From contig CAVQSP010000011.1 of NCBI GenBank assembly GCA_963715985.1, positions 352,001 to 416,000 of the forward strand: a stretch of 64,000 bases of DNA, in the 5' to 3' direction. This DNA is from an uncultured Thermoleophilia bacterium (GTDB lineage Bacteria > Actinomycetota > Thermoleophilia > UBA2241). Position numbers and translations under genes: made by a program. The notes beneath the pieces were generated by a model. The model saw only the letters and a program-made list of their open reading frames with translations, did not search any database and had not been told where the DNA came from. This document shows positions 42,847 through 54,874 of the stretch, in pieces (position 1 is the stretch's first letter; each line of letters opens with the position of its first letter).

Positions 42847-44021
42847 GGCCGCCGGCGCCGGCAGCGGCGGCCGGACGAGGCGGCGGCCGCGCCGGGCGTC
42901 GCCCGCGCCGCCACCCGTGCCGCGACGCCCGCGTCCACGCCGATGTGACGGCCGGCCACGCCGGCCGCGGGCGCCGACGCCCAGTGCTCCCGCCCGGCGA
43001 AGTTCTCGGCCGCCGTGTCGGCCTGGCGCGCGAACTCATCCGGTGCGACGGCGGCGAGCGAGAGCAGAGCGTCGATGCGCTCCCCGATGGGCGGGTGCGT
43101 GTCGCTCCAGCGACCGAGCAGGCCGCGGGCGCCCAGGGAGGTCTCGCGGATGCACATCGGAGCCAGACCCTCAGGGATGTAGCCCGTGCCGCCGGGGTGC
43201 CTGCTGATGACGCGCAATGCCTCGGCGAGACTGAGCGGATCACGCGTGTAGCGGGCGGCCGCGAGGTCGGCCTGGCGCTCGCGCTCGCGGCTGAGCGCCG
43301 CGCTCGTGACCGACGAGGCGATCTGCAGGAGCCACAGCCAGCCGCGCAGCAGGATGCCGACCAGTGCCAGCGGCGCGGCCCGCGTGCCGCCCGCCGCCAG
43401 GGTCGCCTCCTCAAGCCGCTCGCTCACCTCGGAGTAGATGCCGAACAGCAGGCACGAGACTGTCACCGTGACGTACATCCCGGAGAGCACGTGACCGAAC
43501 TCGTGCGCCACCACACCCTCGAGCTGCTGGCGCGAGAGGCGCGCCAGGGCACCCTCCGTGACCCCCACCACCCCGCCGCCCCGCAGGTCGCTGAAGGCGA
43601 ACGCATTGAGCCCGAGGGTGCGCACGGTGACGCATTCCACCTTGGGCGACCCCGTGGCGATGCGCATCTCTTCGACGATGTTGGCGAGGCGCTGGTGATA
43701 CCTGTCGCCCGTGTCCAGCGGCTCGCAGTGCATGGCCCGCAGGAGACGTTGACGGGCGCCGACCTGGGCGCTGAACCAGTACAGCAGGGAGCCGGCCAGC
43801 GCGACGCCGAGGATGATGCCGACACCCCTCGGCGTGAACACCCAGCTCACCGTGTCCACGACGGGGAAGCTCAGATAGAGACTCACCGTGACGATGAGGC
43901 AGACCACCCACGCGGAGCCGAAGACCATGGCCAGCAGCAGGGCGAAGAGGAGCCAGATGCGCCACCGTTTCTCGCGTTCGATGTCGAAGAGCGTGCGGCG
44001 TGTGCCGGCGGCTGTGCTCAC
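42843..44021 (-). CDS. M48 family (HtpX-like) zinc metalloprotease
   Basis: NIVEEM, NAFA, VTEGAL, VVAHEFGH, SRERERQAD, THPPIGERI. Confidence 0.9.
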   Translation of the reverse strand: MSTAAGTRRTLFDIEREKRWRIWLLFALLLAMVFGSAWVVCLIVTVSLYLSFPVVDTVSWVFTPRGVGIILGVALAGSLLYWFSAQVGARQRLLRAMHCEPLDTGDRYHQRLANIVEEMRIATGSPKVECVTVRTLGLNAFAFSDLRGGGVVGVTEGALARLSRQQLEGVVAHEFGHVLSGMYVTVTVSCLLFGIYSEVSERLEEATLAAGGTRAAPLALVGILLRGWLWLLQIASSVTSAALSRERERQADLAAARYTRDPLSLAEALRVISRHPGGTGYIPEGLAPMCIRETSLGARGLLGRWSDTHPPIGERIDALLSLAAVAPDEFARQADTAAENFAGREHWASAPAAGVAGRHIGVDAGVAARVAARATPGAAAASSGRRCRRRRP

Positions 44022-44178
44022 GATGTACGGTCCCCACGGTTCACATTAGTTAACACTACGGGGGTGGTTTCAACTCTCATGCCGATGGTAATATACCGAT
44101 CTGCGCGATGGAGTCCCCCTCCACACATCCCTCCATCTCGCCGGTACTCCCAAGTACCACCCCATGGCTCCTTTCACA

Positions 44179-44199
44179 AGCCCCTCTCCCCGAGGGGCT
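44179..44199 (-). terminator. Hairpin between the GATase and M48 genes
   Basis: AGCCCCTC-tcccc-GAGGGGCT. Confidence 0.45.
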
Positions 44200-44315
44200 G
44201 CCCGGAAACGGGTGCGAGACGGCGGCGCGACGGCGCCGCCGTCTTGCGTACGGACCCGATGGGCGTCCTCCGGGCGCCGTGACCGGCGACGGCCGCGGAA
44301 GGTCCCGCGGCGCCG

Positions 44316-45029
44316 TCAGCTGCTGCGCAGCAGCCCGGTGCTGAGCACGAAGTTCTCGGTGAGCGTGTGGCAGAACGCCGAGTACGCGGAAAGGTTCTTC
44401 TCCGTGTCCTCGCGCAGCTGCCGCGCCCACTCCTCGCCCAGACGCGGGTAGTTCTTGGCCGCGTCCTCCACCCAGTGGGCGGCGATGGACTCGTCCACCT
44501 CCGGGTGGAACTGGGTGGCCCACGCATTGCCGCCGGCGCGGAAGGCCTGGACACCGTGGGCGCTGCTCGCGATCAGGTGTGAGGTGGTCGGCACCGTGCA
44601 GGCGTACTCGTGCCAGCTGAAGGCGGTGAACGGCGAGGAGATCCCCTGCAGCAGGGGATCGTCCACGACCTTCTCCACGGTGATCCAGCCGACCTCGGGA
44701 CCCTTGAGCTTGTAGACGTCGCCGCCGGCGGCCTCCGCCACCAGCTGCGCGCCGAGGCAGACGCCCCACACGGGCCCGCCGTCGTGGATGGCATGGCGCA
44801 GCAGCTTGACCTCGTCCGCGAGGAAGGGGTGCTCGCGCGTCTGGTGCACGTGCATGGCTCCGCCGAGCGCGATGAGCCCGGCGGCCTCGTGCGGCCACTG
44901 CGGAAGGGCGTCGCCGTTGAACAGGTGACGCACCTCGAAGGGCACGCCGAGCGCCTTGAGAGCCGTGCCGATACCGGCCGGCGGGTCGTCCGGCTCGTGC
45001 TGCAGGATGACGAGTGGTTTGGCGGTCAC
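44316..45029 (-). CDS. Type 1 glutamine amidotransferase domain protein
   Basis: ILQHEP, LGGAM, GVCLGAQL (Cys nucleophile), EVGW, QFHPE. Confidence 0.9.
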   Translation of the reverse strand: MTAKPLVILQHEPDDPPAGIGTALKALGVPFEVRHLFNGDALPQWPHEAAGLIALGGAMHVHQTREHPFLADEVKLLRHAIHDGGPVWGVCLGAQLVAEAAGGDVYKLKGPEVGWITVEKVVDDPLLQGISSPFTAFSWHEYACTVPTTSHLIASSAHGVQAFRAGGNAWATQFHPEVDESIAAHWVEDAAKNYPRLGEEWARQLREDTEKNLSAYSAFCHTLTENFVLSTGLLRSS

Positions 45030-45121
45030 GCAGGTCTCCTTCCCCAGGTGAGTGGAGTATACCCGCTGGCGCCCGGGAGCCGCCCTTGCCAAGCCGCCCG
45101 GGCGGCTGCGACACTCAAGCC

Positions 45122-46015
45122 ATGGAACGCGAAGACCCTGCCGCCGTGAACGCCGACGTCCCTGCGGAGCGCGCGCCCGCACATCGAACCGGCGCGCCCG
45201 TGGTCGAAGTGGTCTCGGCGGGCAACGAAGTGCTCATCGGGGACGTGCTCGACACCAACACGCACTGGCTGTGCGTCAAGGTCACCGGCCTCGGCGGGCT
45301 GGTACGGCGCACGGTCATGCTGCGGGACGACGTGGAGGCCATCGCCGCCGAAGTGCGCGGCGCCGTGGCACGCCGCCCGGCGCTCGTGTTCACGGTCGGC
45401 GGCCTCGGCCCCACCGCCGACGACCGCACCCTCGAGGGCGTGGCGCTCGGCCTCGGGGTCCCGCTGGCCCTGCACCCCGAGGCCGAGCGCCTCGTGACGG
45501 AGAAGTACGCGGAGTTCCATGCACGCGGCTTCGTCCCGTTCGCGGAGATCACGGAGAGCCGTCGCAAGATGGCGCGCCTTCCAGCCGGAGCGGAGCCCAT
45601 CGTGAACCCCATCGGCGGGGCCCCGGCGGTGCTCTGCCACGCCGGCGTGACCAGCATCGTCTCCCTGCCGGGCGTACCCGGAGAGCTCATGGCCATCGTC
45701 GACGGGCCGCTCGGCGACCTGCTCACCGAGGTCTTCGGGGTCGCCCACTACGAGGAGCGCTCACTGCGGGTGGACCTTCAGGACGAGTCCGCCATCGCCG
45801 ACATCCTGCGGCGTGCGGAGACAGACCACCCGCGGGTCTACGTGAAGTCGCGGGCCAAGGTGCTGGGCAGCACGCGCGTGCTGCAGGTCACCGTGAGCGC
45901 CCGCGCCGCGGACGCGGCGCAGGTCGACGTGCTGCTGGAGGCGGCGGCGGGGCAGCTGCTCACGCAGATCGCCGCCGCCGGCTACGGCGTCCGCCCGGCC
46001 GACGACGAGGAGTAG
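45122..46015 (+). CDS. CinA-like molybdopterin-binding domain protein (lacks PncC domain)
   Basis: GNEVLIGDVLDTN, GGLGPTADDRT, KMARLP, NPIGGAP, LPGVPGEL. Confidence 0.87.
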   Translation: MEREDPAAVNADVPAERAPAHRTGAPVVEVVSAGNEVLIGDVLDTNTHWLCVKVTGLGGLVRRTVMLRDDVEAIAAEVRGAVARRPALVFTVGGLGPTADDRTLEGVALGLGVPLALHPEAERLVTEKYAEFHARGFVPFAEITESRRKMARLPAGAEPIVNPIGGAPAVLCHAGVTSIVSLPGVPGELMAIVDGPLGDLLTEVFGVAHYEERSLRVDLQDESAIADILRRAETDHPRVYVKSRAKVLGSTRVLQVTVSARAADAAQVDVLLEAAAGQLLTQIAAAGYGVRPADDEE

Positions 46016-46027
46016 AGGCCCGGGGCC

Positions 46028-46228
46028 ATGCGGGCCACGCCGCCGGCGCGCGCGCTCGCCTGGGTCGTCGGGGCGCTCGACCGCTTCTGGGGACCGCTCG
46101 TCCTGCTCGTCGTCGTCGTCCTGGAAGCGGCCGTCTTCGCCCCGCGAGGCCTCATGCTGCCGATGATCGTCGGCGGCTGCGTGGGCGCCGCGACCATGGT
46201 CGTGTGGCTGGTGGACCGACTGGGGTGA
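46028..46228 (+). CDS. Small hypothetical membrane protein
   Basis: 66 aa, two hydrophobic segments, GC-rich third codon positions. Confidence 0.55.
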   Translation: MRATPPARALAWVVGALDRFWGPLVLLVVVVLEAAVFAPRGLMLPMIVGGCVGAATMVVWLVDRLG

Positions 46229-46257
46229 GCGGGCGGCCGCGAGCCAGGCGCCGCCTT

Positions 46258-46494
46258 CTACTCCTCGTCTTCGCGGCCGTCCGTCCAGGAGTGGTCGTGC
46301 CCGACCACGCGGTGACGGCCGTCGGCGTCGACCCGCCGGCGACGGCGCGTCGGCAGAGTGACGAACCAGAGGGCGATGATGAACGCGCCGATGCCGAACA
46401 GCCAATAGACGCCGCCCGTCACCCACGTCAGCCAGACGGCCAGAACGGCGAGAGGGAGGACGACGCCGAGGAGCAGGACCAGGTCCAGCGGCAC
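46258..46494 (-). CDS. Small hypothetical membrane protein
   Basis: MPLDLVLLLG..., two TM segments, Arg-rich then acidic tail. Confidence 0.55.
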   Translation of the reverse strand: MPLDLVLLLGVVLPLAVLAVWLTWVTGGVYWLFGIGAFIIALWFVTLPTRRRRRVDADGRHRVVGHDHSWTDGREDEE

Positions 46495-46580
46495 TCCGCC
46501 TGCCTGCCGACGCCGATCGGCTGTCGGGTCCAAGCCGCCTCCTTTCGGCCGCTCGCCCGCAAGCCGGCCGCGCGCTCGTA

Positions 46581-47921
46581 TCACCCCAGATGGTCTTCGA
46601 TGAAGTGCGTGGTCACGTCGCCGGCCACGAACAGCGGGTGCTCGAGCACGATGCGGTGGAACGGGATCACCGTCTTCACGCCCTCCACGATGAACTGCTC
46701 GAGCGCCCAGCGCGAGCGCGCCAGGCACTCCTCACGGTCGCGCCCCCACACGACGAGCTTGCCGAGCAGGCTGTCGTAGTACGGCGGCACCATGTACCCC
46801 TGGTACACGTGGCTGTCGAAGCGCACCCACGGGCCGCCGGGCGGGCACCACTTCGTGACGAGTCCGGGTGAGGGCATGAAGCTCTCGTCCGGGTCCTCGG
46901 CGTTGATGCGGAACTCGATGGCGTGGCCCTGCACGCGGACGTCCTGCTGCACCAGAGGCAGGCCCTCCCCTGCGGCGATGCGGATACCGGTCTTGACGAT
47001 GTCGACGCCGGTCACCATCTCCGTGACGCAGTGCTCCACCTGCACCCGCGTGTTCATCTCCATGAAGTAGAAGCTGCCGTCGGCGTCGAGGAGGAACTCC
47101 ACGGTGCCGGCGCCCTCGTACTGCGCCGCCACGGCCGCCGCCACGGCGGCGTCGCCCATCCCGGCGCGCAGCTCCTCGGTCACGGCCGGCGAGGGCGCCT
47201 CCTCGATGAGCTTCTGGTGGCGCCGCTGGATGGAGCAGTCGCGCTCGCCGAGGTGGATGCCGTGGCCCTTGCCGTCGGCGAGCACCTGGATCTCGATGTG
47301 GCGCGGGGCGCCGATGTACTTCTCCACGTACACGGCGCCGTTGCCGAACGCCGCTTCGGCCTCGGCCTGCGCCTGGCGCACGGCCGCGGGCAGCTCGGAC
47401 GCCTCCTTGACGATGCGGATGCCCTTGCCGCCTCCGCCCGCGGACGCCTTGACCATCACCGGCAGGCCGATGCGTCGAGCCACGGCCTCCGCCTCGGCGG
47501 CGTCCTCGATGATGCCGTCCGAGCCGGGCGTGACGGGCACCCCGGCGGCGGTCATCGTGGCCCGCGCCGCCGCCTTGTCGCCCATCAGGTCGATGGACTC
47601 CGGCGACGGCCCGATGAACTTGAGGGAGTGCTCGCGGCAGAGCGCCGAGAAGGCGGAGCGCTCGGCGAGGAACCCGTAGCCCGGGTGGATGGCCTCGGCG
47701 CCGGTCTGCAGCGCGGCCTGCACGAGCGCCGGCATCACCAGGTAGCTCTGCGCCGCCGGCGCAGGACCGATGCACACGGACTCGTCGGCGAAGCGCACGT
47801 GCAAGCAGCTCTCGTCCGCCTCCGAGTACACGGCCACGGTGCGCACCCCGAGCTCCTTGCAGGCGCGGATGACGCGGATGGCGATCTCGCCGCGGTTGGC
47901 GATGAGGACCTTGCTGAACAT
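46581..47921 (-). CDS. accC: Biotin carboxylase
   Basis: KVLIANRGEIA, HPGYGFLAE, GGGGKG, ERDCSIQRRHQK, EMNTRVQVEH, YYDSLLGK. Confidence 0.95.
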   Translation of the reverse strand: MFSKVLIANRGEIAIRVIRACKELGVRTVAVYSEADESCLHVRFADESVCIGPAPAAQSYLVMPALVQAALQTGAEAIHPGYGFLAERSAFSALCREHSLKFIGPSPESIDLMGDKAAARATMTAAGVPVTPGSDGIIEDAAEAEAVARRIGLPVMVKASAGGGGKGIRIVKEASELPAAVRQAQAEAEAAFGNGAVYVEKYIGAPRHIEIQVLADGKGHGIHLGERDCSIQRRHQKLIEEAPSPAVTEELRAGMGDAAVAAAVAAQYEGAGTVEFLLDADGSFYFMEMNTRVQVEHCVTEMVTGVDIVKTGIRIAAGEGLPLVQQDVRVQGHAIEFRINAEDPDESFMPSPGLVTKWCPPGGPWVRFDSHVYQGYMVPPYYDSLLGKLVVWGRDREECLARSRWALEQFIVEGVKTVIPFHRIVLEHPLFVAGDVTTHFIEDHLG

Positions 47922-48076
47922 GTGAGCTCCCGGGACGTCGGACACTGCCGGCCAGACTGCGGAGCGCCGGTGGGCGGCGGTCTTCCAGCGTGCCGGGAGT
48001 ATAGCAGCGACGCCCCAGGCCGGCGCCCGACCGGCAAGCGTTGCCAGTACCCTCAACGCTTTCGGGTCCCGGCGCC

Positions 48077-48103
48077 TCAACCGCGCCCCGGTCCTGCCGA
48101 TAC
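48077..48103 (+). promoter_or_regulatory. Sigma28 (FliA/WhiG)-like promoter 1
   Basis: TCAA-N15-GCCGATAC against consensus TAAA-N15/16-GCCGATAA. Confidence 0.5.
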
Positions 48104-48319
48104 CAGTCGCGAGACCGGCAATGATACCTCACCGGGCTACCCGCCCGGCATCTGATCCTCTCTCATAGCCGGGTCGGTCTCCTTCGCAAGACGCGCGGAC
48201 CGCCCGCATCCGCGTGAAGGCCCCCGCCGGCCCGGCGCTTTTCTCCTCCCGCTGCGATCCGCGGCCGCCCGCGTCGCGGCACCGCGGCCCCCGAGACTCG
48301 TCGCCGCGGCGCGAAGATG

Positions 48320-48347
48320 TCAACTACCGGAGCTAACGGGCCGATAG
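48320..48347 (+). promoter_or_regulatory. Sigma28 (FliA/WhiG)-like promoter 2
   Basis: TCAA-N16-GCCGATAG about 36 bp before the TTG start. Confidence 0.6.
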
Positions 48348-48383
48348 GCTACACTAGCGACGAGGCCCAGCGGGAGGTCCCTC

Positions 48384-50432
<2,049 letters not shown>

Positions 50433-50454
50433 CCTCCAGCGGTCATCCCCCTCA

Positions 50455-50483
50455 CCTCACACCACCCCTGCCTCACACCACCC
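50455..50483. repeat. Direct repeat CCTCACACCACCC x2
   Basis: Copies at 50455-50467 and 50471-50483. Confidence 0.7.
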
Positions 50484-50606
50484 GCTTCACGCGCGCCCGC
50501 GCGCTAGACAGGTGTCCTATGTGGGGCAGGACACCCGTCTCCGATACAGAACTCAAGGAGACCAAGCAGGCTTGAAGAGAGGATCGACCTATCCGGTGCT
50601 ACTCGA

Positions 50607-50649
50607 GACCGGCGACGCGAAGCGGGGGCTCGCGTCGCCGGTCGTTCTG
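50607..50649 (+). terminator. Intrinsic terminator-like hairpin
   Basis: 14-bp perfect stem GACCGGCGACGCGA/TCGCGTCGCCGGTC followed by GTTCTG. Confidence 0.65.
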
Positions 50650-50742
50650 TGGGGCGACAGCTTCCGGCGACGTCGCGGACGCCCGCGTGCGTGCGCGAAG
50701 CCGGCCTGCTGGACCTGGACCGGCCCTGAGTGAGCGGCCGGG

Positions 50743-52044
50743 TCAGCCCGGCCGTTTGTCGATCACGCGCTGCGCCTTGCCGGCGCCGCGCTCCAGCGTG
50801 CCCGGCTCCACGAGCTTGACCTTGGGCCGCACGAGGAGCGCCGAGCGGAGCTCCTCCGTGACGCGGCGCTCGAACGCGCGCAGGTCGTCCATCCAGCCGT
50901 CGAAGAGCGCCTCGGTGACCTCCACCTGCACCTCGAACGTGTCGTGGGCGCCCACGCGGTCGAGGATGATCTGGTAGAACGGCTCCACGCCCTCGATGCT
51001 GAAGAGCACCTGCTCCACGGCCGAGGGGAACACATTGACGCCGCTGATGATGAACATGTCGTCGGTGCGCCCGACCACCTTGCCCATGCGGGCCAGTGTG
51101 CGCCCGCAGTCGCACGTCTCGTGCGTCAGGGTGCTGAGGTCGCGCGTGCGGTACCTCAGCACCGGCGAGCACTCGCGGGTGACGGCGGAGAACACAAGCT
51201 CGCCCACCTCGCCGTCGGGCACCGGCCGCCCCGTTGCGGGGTCGAGGCACTCCACGATGAAGTGGTCCTCGGCGACGTGCATGCCGGAGCGGCACTCGCA
51301 CTCCCCGGCCACTCCCGGCCCGATGATCTCGGTGAGGCCGTAGTTGTCGGTGGCGGTGAGCGGCAGGCGCTTCTCGATCTGGGCGCGGAGCTCCTCCCCG
51401 CAGGCCTCCGCGCCGAAGAGGCCGAGACGCAGCTTGAGCTCCTCGCGCGGCACGCCGCTCTTCTCTGCCACCTCGCCGATGTACAGGGCATAGGACGGCG
51501 TGGAGATGAGCACGGTGGTGCCGAAGTCGCGGATGAACTGCAACTGCCGGGCCGTGTTGCCGGCGCTGATGGGTATCACGCTGGCGCCGGCGCGCTGCAG
51601 CCCGTAGTGCAGGCCGAAGCCGCCGGTGAACATGCCGTAGCCGAAGGAGACCTGGGCGACGTCGTGGGGCCGCACCCCGGCGGCCACGGCGAGCCGGCAG
51701 ACGAGCTCCGTCCACGTGTCCAGGTCACGCTCCGTGAACCCGCACACGACCGGCTTGCCCGTGGTGCCCGACGAGGAGTGGATCTCGCGGACGTCGTCGC
51801 CGGGCACCGCGAACAGGCCCGTGGGATACTGGTCGCGGAAGTCGTTCTTCTCGGTGAAGGGAAGCAGAGCGAGATCGTCGAGGCTCGTGAGGTCGCCCGG
51901 CCGGAAGCCGGCCTCGTCGAGCCTGCGTCGAGAGAGCGGCACCCGCTCGTAGACGCGCGCCAGCATGCCGCGGAGGCGGTCGAGCTGGAGCGCCTCGAGG
52001 GGCTCGCGGTCCATGGTCTCGTGCGTCGGGTCCCAGATGGTCAT
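50743..52044 (-). CDS. paaK: Phenylacetate-CoA ligase family protein
   Basis: HSSSGTTGKP, FGYGMFTGGFG, NYGLTEIIGPG, LRYRTRD, GRTDDMFIISGVNVFP. Confidence 0.88.
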   Translation of the reverse strand: MTIWDPTHETMDREPLEALQLDRLRGMLARVYERVPLSRRRLDEAGFRPGDLTSLDDLALLPFTEKNDFRDQYPTGLFAVPGDDVREIHSSSGTTGKPVVCGFTERDLDTWTELVCRLAVAAGVRPHDVAQVSFGYGMFTGGFGLHYGLQRAGASVIPISAGNTARQLQFIRDFGTTVLISTPSYALYIGEVAEKSGVPREELKLRLGLFGAEACGEELRAQIEKRLPLTATDNYGLTEIIGPGVAGECECRSGMHVAEDHFIVECLDPATGRPVPDGEVGELVFSAVTRECSPVLRYRTRDLSTLTHETCDCGRTLARMGKVVGRTDDMFIISGVNVFPSAVEQVLFSIEGVEPFYQIILDRVGAHDTFEVQVEVTEALFDGWMDDLRAFERRVTEELRSALLVRPKVKLVEPGTLERGAGKAQRVIDKRPG

Positions 52045-52111
52045 GAAGGCGTCCTCCAGCCTGTGGCGTGCGTGAGCCATCATACCGGGCGCGTGAGGGC
52101 GGCGTGAGCTC

Positions 52112-52131
52112 GTATACCCCAGAGGGTATAC
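52112..52131. promoter_or_regulatory. CsoR-type copper operator
   Basis: GTATACCCCAGAGGGTATAC (TACCC-N4-GGGTA pseudo-palindrome) upstream of copA. Confidence 0.85.
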
Positions 52132-52212
52132 TCGTTTGAGGGCGGGAAGAGTGCGGAAGGCAACGGATGCACCGGCGCCGCGCCGGCCACCGCGCCACGA
52201 CCTCGAGGGAAG

Positions 52213-54721
52213 ATGAGCCAGCACGAGACCTCCGTAGAGCTCCCCATCACGGGCATGACGTGCGCCAGCTGCGTGGCGCGCAACGAGCGCGCGCTGCGCA
52301 AGCTCGACGGCGTGTCCGCGGCCAACGTGAACTTCGCCACCGAGAAGGCTACGGTGACGTTCGACCCGGACCTGATCTCGGCCGAGGAGTTGGTGCACAG
52401 CGTCGAGGCGGCGGGCTACGGCGTGGTGACGGCGCACGAGACGCTGCCCATCCTCGGCATGACCTGCGCCAGCTGCGTGGCGCGCGTCGAGCGCGCCTTG
52501 CGCAAGCCGCCGGGCGTGCTCCACGCCGACGTCAATCTGGCCACGGAGAAGGCCACCGTGACCTACATCCCCGGCCAGGCATCGCACGCGGACCTCGTGG
52601 CCGCGGTGGCGGCGGCGGGCTACCAGGTCGTCGAGCCGGCCGCCGGGCCGGCCGCCGGCGGTGAGGGCGAGGCGGCGGACGCGGTGGATACCGCCGAGGC
52701 GGCGCGTGCGGCCGCCTACAGCCGCCTCAAGCTCAAGGTCGTCGTCGGCTTTGTGCTCAGCACCGTCATCTTCGCCGGCACCATGCAGCCGGAGTGGTTC
52801 CCGCTCCTGCCGGACTGGCTGCACAACGGCTATCTGCTGTGGGGCCTCGCCAGCATCGTGCAGTTCTGGGTGGGGTGGCAGTTCTACACCACCGCGTGGT
52901 CGGCGCTGCGCCACGGCAGCACGACCATGAACACGCTCGTCGCCATGGGCTCCTCCGCGGCGTACTTCTACAGCGTCCTGGGCGTGCTCTTCCCTTCCTT
53001 CTTCGAGCACCAGGGCCTGAGCATGCCCATGTACTTCGACTCGGCCGCCTTCATCATCACGCTGATCCTCTTCGGGCGGCTGCTGGAGGCGCGTGCCAAA
53101 GGCCAGACCGGCGCCGCCATCAAGGCGCTCATCGGCCTGCAGCCGCGCACGGCCCGGGTGCTGCGCGACGGCGTGGAGCTCGACGTGCCCATCGCCGAAG
53201 TCGTCGACCGGCGACGCCGTGCTGGTGCGGCCCGGCGAGAAGGTGCCGGTGGACGGCGTGGTCACCTCCGGTTCCTCGCCGGTGGACGAGTCCATGCTCA
53301 CCGGCGAGCCCCTGCCGGTGACCAAACGCGCCGGCGACGAGGTGATCGGCGCGACCATGAACACCACCGGCTCGTTCACATTCACCGCCACCAAGGTGGG
53401 CGCGGACACGGCCCTGGCGCAGATCATCCGCCTCGTGGAGCAAGCGCAGGGCTCCAAACCACCCATCGCCCGGCTGGCCGACGTCATCGCCGCCTACTTC
53501 GTGCCCGCCGTGATCGGCATCGCCACCGTCACCCTGATCGTGTGGCTCGTCTTCGGACCGTCGCCGTCACTCAACTACGCGCTGCTCAACTTCGTCGCGG
53601 TGCTCGTCATCGCGTGCCCCTGCGCCCTCGGCCTGGCGACGCCCACGGCGATCATGGTGGGCACGGGCAAGGGCGCCGAGAACGGGGTGCTCATCCGCGA
53701 CGGCAGCGCCCTGGAGACGGCGCACAAGCTGGACACCGTGGTGCTGGACAAGACCGGCACCATCACCGAGGGCAAGCCGCGCGTGACCGACATCGTCGTC
53801 TTCGGCGACGCGTCGGGCCTGGACGAGAACGGCCTGCTGCGCCTCGTGGCGGCGGCGGAGCGCGGCAGCGAGCACCCGCTGGCGGCGGCCGTGCTGGCGG
53901 AGGCCGGCGAGCGCGGCCTCGAGCTGCCCGAGGCGCGCGACTTCGAGGCCGTGGCCGGCCACGGCATCCGCGCCGTAGTGGACGGCCGCACCGTGGTGGC
54001 CGGCAACGAGCGCCTCGCCGGCGGCGCGGCTGCGGACGCCGGGGAGCAGCTCGGCGGCTCAGCCGCACAGGGCGCACGGGTCGTGGAGGAGCTGTCGGCG
54101 CAGGGCAAGACCGTCATCACCGTGCGCATCGGCGGCGCGCCCGCGGGGGCCATCGCCGTCGCCGATACGGTCAAGCCGGGGTCCGCCGCCGCCGTGCGGC
54201 GCCTTCGTGACCTCGGTCTCGACGTGGTCATGCTCACCGGCGACCACCGCGCCACGGCCGAGGCCATCGCCCGGTCGGTCGGCATCGACCGCGTGGTGGC
54301 CGAGGTGCTGCCCGAGCAGAAGGCGGCGCAGGTGGCCGCCCTGCAGGACGAGGGCAAGCGCGTGGCCATGGTCGGCGACGGCATCAACGACGCCCCTGCC
54401 CTGGCGCGCGCCGACATCGGCATCGCCATCGGCACCGGCACCGACGTGGCCATGGAGGCCAGCGACGTCACGCTGATGTCCGGGGACCTCGGCGGCGTGG
54501 CCACGGCCATCGGGCTGTCGCGCGCCACGATCCGCGTGGTCAAGCAGAACCTCTTCTGGGCGTTCGCCTACAACGTGGCGCTCATCCCGCTGGCGGCCGG
54601 CGTGTTCTACCCGGCCTTCGGGGTGCTGCTCAACCCCATCTACGCCGCCGCGGCGATGGGACTCTCGAGCGTCACCGTGGTCAGCAACAGCCTGCGCCTG
54701 CGCCGCTTTCGCGCCGGCTGA
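52213..54721 (+). CDS. copA: Copper-translocating P1B-type ATPase; frameshift near 53207
   Basis: Two GMTCASC domains, [33 protein letters not shown] and MGLSS Cu+ motifs; split across two frames. Confidence 0.93.
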
Positions 54722-54739
54722 GAGCGGCTCCGTACAACG

Positions 54740-54777
54740 CCGAGGGGGCGGTCTCTGCGTGACTACCGCCCCCTCGG
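54740..54777. terminator. Hairpin after copA (possibly bidirectional)
   Basis: 13-bp stem CCGAGGGGGCGGT/ACCGCCCCCTCGG. Confidence 0.65.
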
Positions 54778-54811
54778 GGTGACCCTCTGTCGTCGTTCTC
54801 GCCCAACGGCG

Positions 54812-54874
54812 TCAGCGCCGCCGCGGCCGCTCCTCGCGCTTGACTCTCGTCTTGTAGAAGGGGACGGGACCCAC
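54812..54874 (-). CDS. Putative 20-aa basic peptide MGPVPFYKTRVKREERPRRR
   Basis: AGAGGAGGTG SD, GTG start, stop just before the copA hairpin. Confidence 0.4.
   Translation of the reverse strand: MGPVPFYKTRVKREERPRRR

Noticed and set aside
48100-48350. c-di-GMP or c-di-AMP riboswitch upstream of the MshEN ATPase
   Set aside because: Conserved cores (GGCAAA..GCAAAG; GCTGAATCC..GGGGGAACC) were not found; kept only as an unclassified structured element.
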